This document shows positions 27,674 through 35,277 of a stretch of DNA of 41,684 nt, one piece after another; position 1 is the first letter of the stretch; each line of letters starts with the position of its first letter. Under the pieces are notes generated by a model. It had not been told where the DNA came from. It saw nothing but the letters and a program-made list of their open reading frames with translations, and made no database searches. A program made the translations under genes and the position numbers. Source of the DNA: a virus (taxonomy: Duplodnaviria > Caudoviricetes). The stretch covers positions 1-41,684 of the IMG/VR virus record IMGVR_UViG_3300048579_000062; one strand, given 5' to 3'.

Positions 27674-28335
27674 ACCGTTTCGCTCCGCTCGCCTACGCCG
27701 TCCTGGCGGTGGCGCTCGGGGTTGTCTTACAGATGCTGGCGTTGGGAGTGCCATCATCCGCCGTTCGAGGATCGACGCTGGATTCAACCTCTCCAGTCGC
27801 GATCACGGGGCCGGGTCTGAGTCAGCCCGGCCTCACTCTGAGAATGCCGGTCGGGGAACTCGACACCTACCCGGCAGAGGGCGCGGGAACCCAACCCACA
27901 TTCACCCCGCCACCAACGGAACCCGCGCCCGCCTACTTCCCTCCTACCCTGTACCCGACTTTGGGAAATTCCCAAACATCTTTGGGTAATTCCCAAAGTT
28001 TGGTCGAAGCCGCGACGGTGCGCGTCGCGTCGCAGGGTGGCCAACTTACCGAAGCCGAGATGCGGGCGTTGCTGGCGGAAGCGGGCGCACCTGCGGAGTG
28101 GGTTCCCGACATGCTCACCATCGCTTGGTGCGAGAGCCACTACAGCCCTGGCGAGGTGGGCGACTCAGGGAACAGCCTTGGCCTATACCAGTTGTGGTCA
28201 GGGTGGTTCTACGCCGGCGAAGACCCGTTTGACCCGCTGACGAACGCGCGGGTGGCTGTGCGGGTGCGGGAGATTCGGGGTCGCTTCGGCGGCCGCGGTG
28301 GTTGGAGTTGCGCCGATCTGAACGGCATCTCTTAG
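27670..28335 (+). CDS. Membrane-anchored/secreted lytic transglycosylase (SLT-like)
   Basis: IAWCES, GLYQL, DPLTNARVA, WSC; hydrophobic N-terminus. Start is either CTG 27670 or GTG 27709. Confidence 0.8.
   Translation: MNRFAPLAYAVLAVALGVVLQMLALGVPSSAVRGSTLDSTSPVAITGPGLSQPGLTLRMPVGELDTYPAEGAGTQPTFTPPPTEPAPAYFPPTLYPTLGNSQTSLGNSQSLVEAATVRVASQGGQLTEAEMRALLAEAGAPAEWVPDMLTIAWCESHYSPGEVGDSGNSLGLYQLWSGWFYAGEDPFDPLTNARVAVRVREIRGRFGGRGGWSCADLNGIS
27958..27999. repeat. Tandem pair of 17-bp palindromes
   Basis: TTTGGGAAATTCCCAAA (27960-27976) and TTTGGGTAATTCCCAAA (27981-27997). Confidence 0.9.
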
Positions 28336-28456
28336 GTCACTAGCCACTCATCAGGACGATCCCGGATATTCTCCGCGAGGCGTTGCGTCGCGACGGCCTC
28401 ACGCCAGGGTCGAGCGCGTGGAACGTCTGCACGTTGCGCGCCTCCCGACCTTCCCT

Positions 28457-29338
28457 CTACGCGGATTCGAACATTGACGCCTGCCCGACGTTCTCGGCCG
28501 ATTCCAAGTTCGCCACGGCCTGACGGTAGTAGCTTGCCTTGAGTTCGGCGCCGACAAACCGTCGCCCTTCCTGAATAGCCACGTATCCCTCGGAGCCGAT
28601 GCCGGCGAACGGCGACAACACGACGTCTCCTGGATTGGTCCAGAGCCGAATGCCGCGGCGGATAACCTCAAGTTGCAGCGGAGCGATGTGGCGCTCGTCA
28701 TCATGCTCGCGGGCGCTCCGGTACTGGAGCGTGTCAGAGGGGTTGATATCCATCCAGACCGGCGAGGCGACGTTTTGCCAGAGGCTCACGGGGTATTCCG
28801 GGCCGTGTGTGACGCGCTCGACGACTTCACGCGGATCGCGCATCGTCACGAGGTAATCGGCTATCCCCTGGCGCGTCATGGTCGAATTGCCGCGCACGGT
28901 CTTGTGCAACAGGCCCAGAGCTTTCGTGCGCTGCATCGCGGTTACCGGGTCTTTCCAGATCGTGACCTTGGAATGGTAATAGAACCCTGCCGCTTCGAAC
29001 GCTCGAATCAGGTCGCCGGGGAAGTCGCGCAGCCCGATGTGCCCATCACGCTCTTTCGAAGTCGGTAGGTCCATGCAGTGAAACGAGATGAGATGGCCGG
29101 GCTTCATCACCCGCCGGAACTCCTGGATGAGAAACGCGAAGTGCGCAAAGAACTCATCATCGTTGCGGACGTTCCCCATGTCGTGGGGTGAGTTGGAGTA
29201 GGTGTAGAGGCTTGAGAAGGGAGGGGAGAAGATCGAGTAGTCCACCGAATCGGCGGGCAAACCGCGCAGAACTTCTACGCAATCGCCATGATACATGGCG
29301 TAGCGAGCGGTGACAGATTGGTCAAGGACTGCAGCCAT
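28457..29338 (-). CDS. DNA amino-methyltransferase (N4C/N6A, beta-class order)
   Basis: YHGDCVEVL, catalytic FSPPF, HIAPLQ, SAM-binding VLSPFAGIGS; SD GGAG. Confidence 0.92.
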   Translation of the reverse strand: MAAVLDQSVTARYAMYHGDCVEVLRGLPADSVDYSIFSPPFSSLYTYSNSPHDMGNVRNDDEFFAHFAFLIQEFRRVMKPGHLISFHCMDLPTSKERDGHIGLRDFPGDLIRAFEAAGFYYHSKVTIWKDPVTAMQRTKALGLLHKTVRGNSTMTRQGIADYLVTMRDPREVVERVTHGPEYPVSLWQNVASPVWMDINPSDTLQYRSAREHDDERHIAPLQLEVIRRGIRLWTNPGDVVLSPFAGIGSEGYVAIQEGRRFVGAELKASYYRQAVANLESAENVGQASMFESA

Positions 29339-30699
29339 TGGGGAATCTCCATTTCTTGAGTCGGGTTGTATGCATTGGTGGATCGCCTGGACCCGGCGAC
29401 GTTCTCGCGCACGGCATCGGCGGTCATGGCGGAGAGTTCGGCTGCCATCTTGGCCGCGTCGGCTTCCTTGCGAGCGAGGTTCGCGACTACAGCCCCCTCC
29501 ATCTCCGAAGAGAAAATGTGAACCTGAACGTTCTGTTTCTGGCCGAACCGCCAGCATCGCCGGACAGCCTGGTAGTACGCCTCCCACGAATCGGTGACTC
29601 CGACGAATGCGATCCGTGCGCAGTGCTGCCAGTTCAAGCCGAACCCGGCGATCGACGGCTTGGTGACCATGACACGCGTCTGCCCGACAGAGAACGCCTT
29701 TAGTCTCACTTCCTTCTCGTCGATGGACTGTGAGCCTCGGACCTCCACCGCTCCCGGAATCGCAGCTACCAGAGCTTCGGATTCTGCGTTGAGGTCACAC
29801 CAGACGATCCACGGCTCCGAATCCACGTTCACCAGATCGGCCACCGCTTGAACACGTGCTCCGACCGACGCCTTGCGGGCTTGCCGTCGCTCCATGAGAG
29901 TCTGCGCTTCGAAGGCGAACAATTGCCCGGAGGCCAACACCTCATCCTGATCCACGGGGATTGTGTGCTGGGTGATTTCGAATGGAGGCAGCGCATAGCC
30001 ATCGTCGGGGTAACCGAGGTCGGAAGGCTTCTGGACCAGCGCAGCCCATGAGGCTACCCAGCGCCAATATTCCGAGCGAGCGTGTTTCTTTAGCCGCCAT
30101 GTCTGGGTCTCGCCGCCGTCGTGTGTGAAGAACTCCGAAAGCATCTCGGCTCGGGTACATATCCCCAGGAACTCAGCGTGCGTGCCGAGCTCGGTGTAGT
30201 CGTTCGGGGCCGGCGTCGCGGTAGCGCAGAGCTTCCATGGCGTCTGGGCGAAGGCTTCCAAGAGCAGGCTAAGCGTCTTGGCGTCGTGATGCTTGATGAT
30301 GCTGGATTCATCGAGAACCACTCCTCCGAACATGCGCGCATCGAACCGATGCAACCGCTCGTAGTTCGTAATGGTGATCCCGTCCTGGACTTCGGAGCCG
30401 TCGCGACACTCCCTCACTTCGATGCCGAGCCGCTTGCCTTCCGCTACCGTCTGCGCGGCGACCGCCAATGGCGCAAGAATGATGACCCGTTTCACCGGAA
30501 CATGCCGCGCCCATTCCAATTGCATCGCCGTCTTGCCGAGGCCGGTATCCGCGAACAGCGCCGCGCGACCGCGCTGCAAGGCCCATCGGGTTAAATCGCG
30601 CTGATGCGGGTAAAGGGATGGGTGAAGGGCTGGTGGATTCTCCATGCCGGACGGCGGGATGAACTGGAGTTTGTCACGAACGAATGTCTCATAATCCAT
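29275..30699 (-). CDS. SNF2-like SF2 helicase/ATPase
   Basis: LYPHQ, ADTGLGKT, LDESS, TATP, GFGLNWQ, YYQAVRRCWRFGQ. Start MDYETF is 7 nt after TGtTAGGGT. Confidence 0.92.
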   Translation of the reverse strand: MDYETFVRDKLQFIPPSGMENPPALHPSLYPHQRDLTRWALQRGRAALFADTGLGKTAMQLEWARHVPVKRVIILAPLAVAAQTVAEGKRLGIEVRECRDGSEVQDGITITNYERLHRFDARMFGGVVLDESSIIKHHDAKTLSLLLEAFAQTPWKLCATATPAPNDYTELGTHAEFLGICTRAEMLSEFFTHDGGETQTWRLKKHARSEYWRWVASWAALVQKPSDLGYPDDGYALPPFEITQHTIPVDQDEVLASGQLFAFEAQTLMERRQARKASVGARVQAVADLVNVDSEPWIVWCDLNAESEALVAAIPGAVEVRGSQSIDEKEVRLKAFSVGQTRVMVTKPSIAGFGLNWQHCARIAFVGVTDSWEAYYQAVRRCWRFGQKQNVQVHIFSSEMEGAVVANLARKEADAAKMAAELSAMTADAVRENVAGSRRSTNAYNPTQEMEIPQWLQSLTNLSPLATPCIMAIA

Positions 30700-30766
30700 G
30701 CTGGGAACCCTAACACCACTGTTGACAATTCGTAAACCCCTTGTGTATCGTCCGTTGCATGGCAAC
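30700..30766. promoter_or_regulatory. Divergent promoter region
   Basis: Rightward TTGACA (30722-30727), 18 nt, TATCGT (30746-30751); leftward TGtTAGGGT; inverted repeat GTTGC-ATG-GCAAC at 30754-30766. Confidence 0.75.
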
Positions 30767-30929
30767 TGATAGAACAAACGTCATCGCCGTCCGCGTCTCC
30801 GATGAGGAGTACGCCACTATCCGTGCGGGCGCTCATGCTGACTCACGCAAGGTTGCGGACTATGTTCGCGTCCATATGCTTGCGCGTGCTATCACGGATT
30901 CAACGCGGGGGTGCCCGTCTCGTGACTGA
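30759..30929 (+). CDS. Ribbon-helix-helix DNA-binding protein
   Basis: MATDRTNVIAVRVSDEEYATIRAGAHADSRKVADYVR: RHH/MobC-like pattern; leaderless. Confidence 0.75.
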   Translation: MATDRTNVIAVRVSDEEYATIRAGAHADSRKVADYVRVHMLARAITDSTRGCPSRD

Positions 30930-31110
30930 CTTCACCCCCAAGCCCCCCGAACTCCAAGCCACCTTCGAACGCCAGCACCGCTACTGCCGCCAGTGCCACC
31001 CGGAACTCGGGCGCGACTGGCTACGGGCTGGGACATGGGGCGCGGCGCTTGCCGGAAGCCTCCTGTTCTGGGGCTGGGTCATCGGGCACCTCGCGGGGTG
31101 GATGCGATGA
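30922..31110 (+). CDS. Small protein with CxxC and C-terminal TM
   Basis: GTG 30922; HRYCRQCH; hydrophobic tail. Confidence 0.6.
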   Translation: MTDFTPKPPELQATFERQHRYCRQCHPELGRDWLRAGTWGAALAGSLLFWGWVIGHLAGWMR

Positions 31111-31367
31111 CGGTAGCAATGACTGCACCGGCATTCAAGAGCCACGCAGACGAAGTAGACGCCCTGATGGGCAAGACCCCGTACGGGAACGCGGTGACAA
31201 GTCGGGCTGACATCGTGACGCGCATCCGTGAGTACCGGGATGCGTACGGCAACCGTGAGTTTGCGGAACTGATGGCCCAGGCCTGCCAGTACACGCGAGA
31301 GGACATGGAACGCGAACACCATGAGAGCGTGGAGCCGATCGAACGATGGGGGCGGGACTGTGACTAG
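31107..31367 (+). CDS. Hypothetical protein
   Basis: ATGA-coupled ORF. Confidence 0.65.
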   Translation: MTVAMTAPAFKSHADEVDALMGKTPYGNAVTSRADIVTRIREYRDAYGNREFAELMAQACQYTREDMEREHHESVEPIERWGRDCD

Positions 31368-31587
31368 CCTCCCTGCATCGTTCTACCGCGCTGAAGCGGC
31401 CTACCTGGAACCACCTGAGCCGGACTATGAACCGGACTTCGAGGACGGCCATGAACTGCCTTCCGGCCACGTAGACGCTCGGACTTGCTGGAACAAGGAC
31501 TGTCGGTACTTCGTGCAGTGGTTCTGTGACTACGAACCGGGCGATCCGTGCGAAGGCTGCGGGCAACCGTTGGGAGATGAGAAATGA
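31360..31587 (+). CDS. Acidic Zn-ribbon hypothetical protein
   Basis: YLEPPE motif; CWNKDC...CEGC. Confidence 0.65.
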   Translation: MTSLPASFYRAEAAYLEPPEPDYEPDFEDGHELPSGHVDARTCWNKDCRYFVQWFCDYEPGDPCEGCGQPLGDEK

Positions 31588-31805
31588 AGTTTCTCTGCAC
31601 GGTTGAACTGGAAACGTCTGGGGAATGCTACGTCGAGGCTCCCTCACTGGAGGCAGCTGAGGCGTGGATGGAGGCGGAAAGGGTTGACCGCTTCCGCAAC
31701 TGGTTCCTAGACCAAAACGATGGCGGTTACTACGTCCACGTTGCGCCCGCTGCCGATTCCGCCGCTGTGGACATACGCGTCAACGCTGAAGGCGAGGAAA
31801 TCTAA
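31584..31805 (+). CDS. Acidic hypothetical protein
   Basis: Coupled ORF; YVEAPSLEAA. Confidence 0.7.
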   Translation: MKFLCTVELETSGECYVEAPSLEAAEAWMEAERVDRFRNWFLDQNDGGYYVHVAPAADSAAVDIRVNAEGEEI

Positions 31806-31969
31806 TGACCCGCTTTCTCGACATTCTGACGCTTACCTTTGCGCTGATCGCGATGGCAGTGTTGCCGATCCTGTACGGCTGGGCGGGCGTTGTAGTCGGC
31901 CTCGGGTGCGGAGTGATTGCGTTTGCATCGCTTATGGCCCGTGCCGAAGAAGGGGAGTCGGATTGGTGA
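31805..31969 (+). CDS. Small two-TM membrane protein, 54 aa
   Basis: MTRFLDILTLTFALIAMAVLPILYGWAGVVVGLGCGVIAFASLMA; TAATG overlap. Confidence 0.65.
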   Translation: MTRFLDILTLTFALIAMAVLPILYGWAGVVVGLGCGVIAFASLMARAEEGESDW

Positions 31970-32223
31970 CTACCGAGACAGAACCGATGGTGCGGATTCT
32001 CTCGATAAAGTGCAGCCGATGTGGCTCAGAGTATGAGGGGGCGCTTGTACGAGTAGAAAGGGCCGCCAGTGGCATTCGCCTTTACGCCAGAGAATACGTC
32101 CATGGCGTACCTCCACCGTTCCATGATGCAAGGGATGATGGCACGGCCTTCTGGTTTACCGATTGGTTGGCTGAAGTCACCTGTGGCGGCAGTCCGTTGT
32201 ACGCCACGGAGCCAGTGCGATGA
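31966..32223 (+). CDS. Hypothetical protein (CSRC)
   Basis: GTGA overlap, SD GGGGAG. Confidence 0.6.
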   Translation: MTTETEPMVRILSIKCSRCGSEYEGALVRVERAASGIRLYAREYVHGVPPPFHDARDDGTAFWFTDWLAEVTCGGSPLYATEPVR

Positions 32224-32510
32224 GACAGACGCGGAACGAGGAGTACACGGAAGTACGGCACCGGATCATCGAGCAGATGGTGTGCGAAGTAGACGGCACC
32301 ACGGAGGACACCGAACCGACGAAGCGCCCCGAAGGGTGGGTCACCATCTTTCAGCAGATCGACGGCCGGAACCACACGATGGACTTTTGCTCCTGGGCAT
32401 GCCTGTACGGGTTCGTGCAGGACTTCGGGGAAGAAGGACCGAACAGCTTGCTGGCGCTGTTGCAGCGGTCAGTGGACGCGGTGAAAGCAGAGAAGGAGGC
32501 GGCGAAATGA
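32220..32510 (+). CDS. Hypothetical protein (FCSWAC Zn motif)
   Basis: Coupled ORF, 96 aa. Confidence 0.7.
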   Translation: MRQTRNEEYTEVRHRIIEQMVCEVDGTTEDTEPTKRPEGWVTIFQQIDGRNHTMDFCSWACLYGFVQDFGEEGPNSLLALLQRSVDAVKAEKEAAK

Positions 32511-33226
32511 ACATCGCAGAACTGGCATTGCCGTTCCCAGCCAAGGACGTGGAGTGGCGCATTCAGAAGAAGTCGAAGGACGGGAGAAAGGCGCTCGTCA
32601 TCGCCTACCACGACGCCCGGACGGTGATGTACCGCCTCGATGAAGCGGTCGGCCCAGAGAACTGGCAGGACTCCTACCGCCCTGGTGCGAACGGGGGCGT
32701 TATCTGTTCGCTGCGAGTCCGCTTCGGTGATGAATGGATCGCCAAGGAGGACGGCGCGGAGAACACCCAGGTTGAGGCGATCAAGGGCGGTATCTCAGAC
32801 GCCTTCAAACGAGCCGGGGTCAAATGGGGAATCGGAAGGTACCTCTATGACGTGCCCGCCGTGTGGGTCCCGTTGAAGAGTGAGTACGGGGATTTCGATC
32901 CACCGAAGCTCCCTCCGTGGGCGCTCCCGAAGGGCGATACCAGCTCGCCTCGCGCTGAGAAGGTGGACACAGAGACCGGCGAAATCACCCCTCCGCCGTT
33001 CCCTGAGGAAGCGCCGGCGGCTCCGAAACCGGATGTCCCCGAGTGGGTAGAGAAGTTCAACACCGACCGGAAGCGCATGGGCATCGGCAACTCCCTGATC
33101 GAGGAAGTCATCGGGACAAAGCTGTCGATCACGAACATCGAGAAGTGGCTGGCGGCAGAGGACGGGCGTACCCCTGACAAACTCCTGAGCCTTGCCGCTG
33201 ATCGTGGCGCGGTGGGCGTCCGATGA
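32507..33226 (+). CDS. Rad52/Rad22-family (Sak-like) ssDNA annealing protein
   Basis: LALPFPAKDVEWR, AYHDARTVMYRLDEAVGPENW, KGGISDAFKRAGVKWGIGRYLY; SD AAGGAGG. Confidence 0.92.
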   Translation: MNIAELALPFPAKDVEWRIQKKSKDGRKALVIAYHDARTVMYRLDEAVGPENWQDSYRPGANGGVICSLRVRFGDEWIAKEDGAENTQVEAIKGGISDAFKRAGVKWGIGRYLYDVPAVWVPLKSEYGDFDPPKLPPWALPKGDTSSPRAEKVDTETGEITPPPFPEEAPAAPKPDVPEWVEKFNTDRKRMGIGNSLIEEVIGTKLSITNIEKWLAAEDGRTPDKLLSLAADRGAVGVR

Positions 33227-33462
33227 GCGAATACGTACACCACTTCACCGGCACCTACGACGGCCGCGCAGGTGCTTGTGTCAACTGCAACGCCGACCCA
33301 TACGAACTACTCCATGACATTGAGTTTGCAGCCGAGAAAGCCTCTCGGCTCATCGGCGAATACATGAAGAACCGACCGCCGAAGGCGTCCACAAGTGAAC
33401 GTATCAAATTGGAGCTGGACACCTTCACCGCTGCGCTTCGATGCAAGGGGTATCAGCCGTGA
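33223..33462 (+). CDS. Hypothetical protein
   Basis: Coupled ORF, 79 aa. Confidence 0.7.
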   Translation: MSEYVHHFTGTYDGRAGACVNCNADPYELLHDIEFAAEKASRLIGEYMKNRPPKASTSERIKLELDTFTAALRCKGYQP

Positions 33463-33776
33463 ACAAGCTCATCCTTCTCGGCCGCCTGGGGAAAGATGGG
33501 GAGCTGGCCTACAGCGCCGATGGGAAGCCACGGCTGACGTTCACGGTGGCCACGGACCACGGCTACCGGGAGAAGAAAGAGACGGAGTGGACGGCCTGTG
33601 TCGTGTTCGGGGAGCAGGCCGAGACGCTCCAACCGTACCTGACGAAGGGGAAGCAAGTCCTGATTGAAGGGCGCTTGCGGACCAGGAGTTGGGAGACCGA
33701 TGGGGCGAAGCACTACAAGACGGAGTGCATCGTCGGCCACCCAACGATGAGCACCGAAGAGGGGGTGGCGCAGTGA
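33459..33776 (+). CDS. ssb: SSB OB-fold protein lacking the acidic C-terminal tail
   Basis: NKLILLGRLGKD...TEWTACVVFGEQAE...KGKQVLIEGRLRTRSWE; ends abruptly GHPTMSTEEGVAQ. Confidence 0.85.
   Translation: MNKLILLGRLGKDGELAYSADGKPRLTFTVATDHGYREKKETEWTACVVFGEQAETLQPYLTKGKQVLIEGRLRTRSWETDGAKHYKTECIVGHPTMSTEEGVAQ
33740..33761 (+). repeat. 22-bp direct repeat, copy 1 (copy 2 at 34551-34572)
   Basis: CCCAACGATGAGCACCGAAGAG is identical at both sites. Confidence 0.95.
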
Positions 33777-34540
33777 AGATGTATACGCACTGGCATTCGA
33801 GGCGCAGCAAGGACGAGGGCTTCCGGTGGTGGCTCAATCTCGGGAAGTTCGAGTTCCGGGGCCAAGTTACACGGAAGTGGCGCTCCGGGTTCATCGCCAC
33901 CTGCGGATATGGCGGGCAGGAAGACTTCTGCGAGTGGACATTCGCTGTTCCCAGGTTGTTCTTCGCCCACATCGCCGTGGATACGCCGTTCAAGTGGCAC
34001 CGACTACGCCCATTCGACGGTAAGTACGGTGAGTCTGAGCGCAAGGTTGGGCTACGTTCTGTGGGCGGACGCCTCTCTCTTCTTGTGGGCCATGACAGCA
34101 TGGGCGGCTGGCACAGTACCCACGGACGCTGGGGAATCATTGGACGCTACTGGCGGGACTTCCGCCGCAACCAAGAAGTGACCCTGTTCGACATGGATTG
34201 GATTCTGGGGAAGCCGCGGCATTCCCTGACTGTGCTAGAAGAGAACATCCCTGTCGCCGTGAACATCGGGCAGTGGGATGGCGACAGTTATACAGGAACT
34301 GCAAAGCATACTCGCCGCCAATGGAAGCGCCGCTTTTCCACCAAAGTCTCTGATGGATACGAGATCGACATGCAGCAGGGCATCCCCTTCCCTGGCAAGG
34401 GGGAGAACTCGTGGGACTGCGGCGATGACGCCTACTACGGTTTCGGTGGGGCAACAATCGAGGAAGCCGTGACGCATATCACGGCGGAAGTAGTTAGGCG
34501 GCGCGGAAAGAACTGGCGTCCCTCGGAGCCGGGCAAATGA
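33773..34540 (+). CDS. Trp/Arg-rich hypothetical protein (GIPFPGKGENSWDCGDDA), paralogue of 26921-27673
   Basis: GTGA overlap; 255 aa. Confidence 0.8.
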   Translation: MKMYTHWHSRRSKDEGFRWWLNLGKFEFRGQVTRKWRSGFIATCGYGGQEDFCEWTFAVPRLFFAHIAVDTPFKWHRLRPFDGKYGESERKVGLRSVGGRLSLLVGHDSMGGWHSTHGRWGIIGRYWRDFRRNQEVTLFDMDWILGKPRHSLTVLEENIPVAVNIGQWDGDSYTGTAKHTRRQWKRRFSTKVSDGYEIDMQQGIPFPGKGENSWDCGDDAYYGFGGATIEEAVTHITAEVVRRRGKNWRPSEPGK

Positions 34541-34806
34541 AACCCGACGGCCCAACGATGAGCACCGAAGAGATCGCTCGCTGGGAAGCTGCCCTGAAAC
34601 AGCGTGTAGTGGCCCAGAGGGAACACCGCGTGAAGTACCTCGTCTCCGTTCTCTGCCAGACGTGTGATTTCAAGTGTGTCAGCCAGCCAACAGAGAAGAG
34701 TCGGCTCCGCATAGTCGCGGTGCCGCTCGAAATGCGCCTCAGAGCGCATCTGAGCGCCAACAAGGGGCACCAGGGACTGATGCCCGGCCCGCAGAAGGTG
34801 AAGTGA
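34537..34806 (+). CDS. Hypothetical protein with CxxC...H..H
   Basis: Coupled ORF, 89 aa. Confidence 0.7.
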   Translation: MKPDGPTMSTEEIARWEAALKQRVVAQREHRVKYLVSVLCQTCDFKCVSQPTEKSRLRIVAVPLEMRLRAHLSANKGHQGLMPGPQKVK

Positions 34807-35204
34807 TGGCGAACCTCAACAAGGTGATGTTGATCGGCAACGTCGGCAAGGATTCCGAACTCCGGTACATGGCATCGGGGACGCCGCAGGCCACGTTCTC
34901 GGTGGCGGTGAACTCGAACCATCGGAACAAGCAGACGAACGAGTGGGAATCGGAAACGGAGTGGTTCTCGATCGTCGTCTGGGGCGACACCGCCGAACGC
35001 ATTTCGCAGCACGTCGTCAAGGGGAAAGCGGTCTACGTCGAGGGACGGTTGCAGACGCGCTCCTGGGAGACAGACGGGCAGAAGCACTACCGGACTGAGG
35101 TGGTTGCCCAGTCCGTGCAGTTGCTGGACAGGAAACCCACTACGGAGGCCCGATTGGGCTATTCGCAGGGTGACGACATGGAAGTAGACGACCTTCCGTA
35201 CTGA
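34806..35204 (+). CDS. ssb: Single-stranded DNA-binding protein
   Basis: MANLNKVMLIGNVGKDSELRY...VYVEGRLQTRSWE, with acidic tail DDMEVDDLPY. Confidence 0.95.
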   Translation: MANLNKVMLIGNVGKDSELRYMASGTPQATFSVAVNSNHRNKQTNEWESETEWFSIVVWGDTAERISQHVVKGKAVYVEGRLQTRSWETDGQKHYRTEVVAQSVQLLDRKPTTEARLGYSQGDDMEVDDLPY

Positions 35205-35212
35205 CGTTTCGC

Positions 35213-35262
35213 GGGGTGCCGGGGGGCCTCTCCAGCCCCGGCGCCCCTTCCTACTGGAGAGG
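35213..35262 (+). promoter_or_regulatory. Predicted H-type RNA pseudoknot in the ssb-HNH spacer
   Basis: 12-bp stem 35213-35224/35236-35247; loop CCTCTCCAG pairs with CTGGAGAGG at 35254-35262. Confidence 0.6.
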
Positions 35263-35277
35263 GGTGGGAGGAGAACA

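Noticed and set aside
28347-28354. Minus-strand CTGATGAG (and CTGAGAG...GAAAC at 16132-16145) as hammerhead ribozyme cores
   Set aside because: Neither site has a stem II followed by GAAA with correct spacing.
28332-28456. Possible integrase remnant or attP at the convergence point (minus frame ...REAVATQRLAENIRDRPDEWLVT)
   Set aside because: No catalytic residues, start codon or att-like core could be identified.
29275-29587. Programmed frameshift fusing the helicase and MTase
   Set aside because: The MTase has its own GGAG SD and ATG at 29338, and I saw no slippery heptamer in the overlap.
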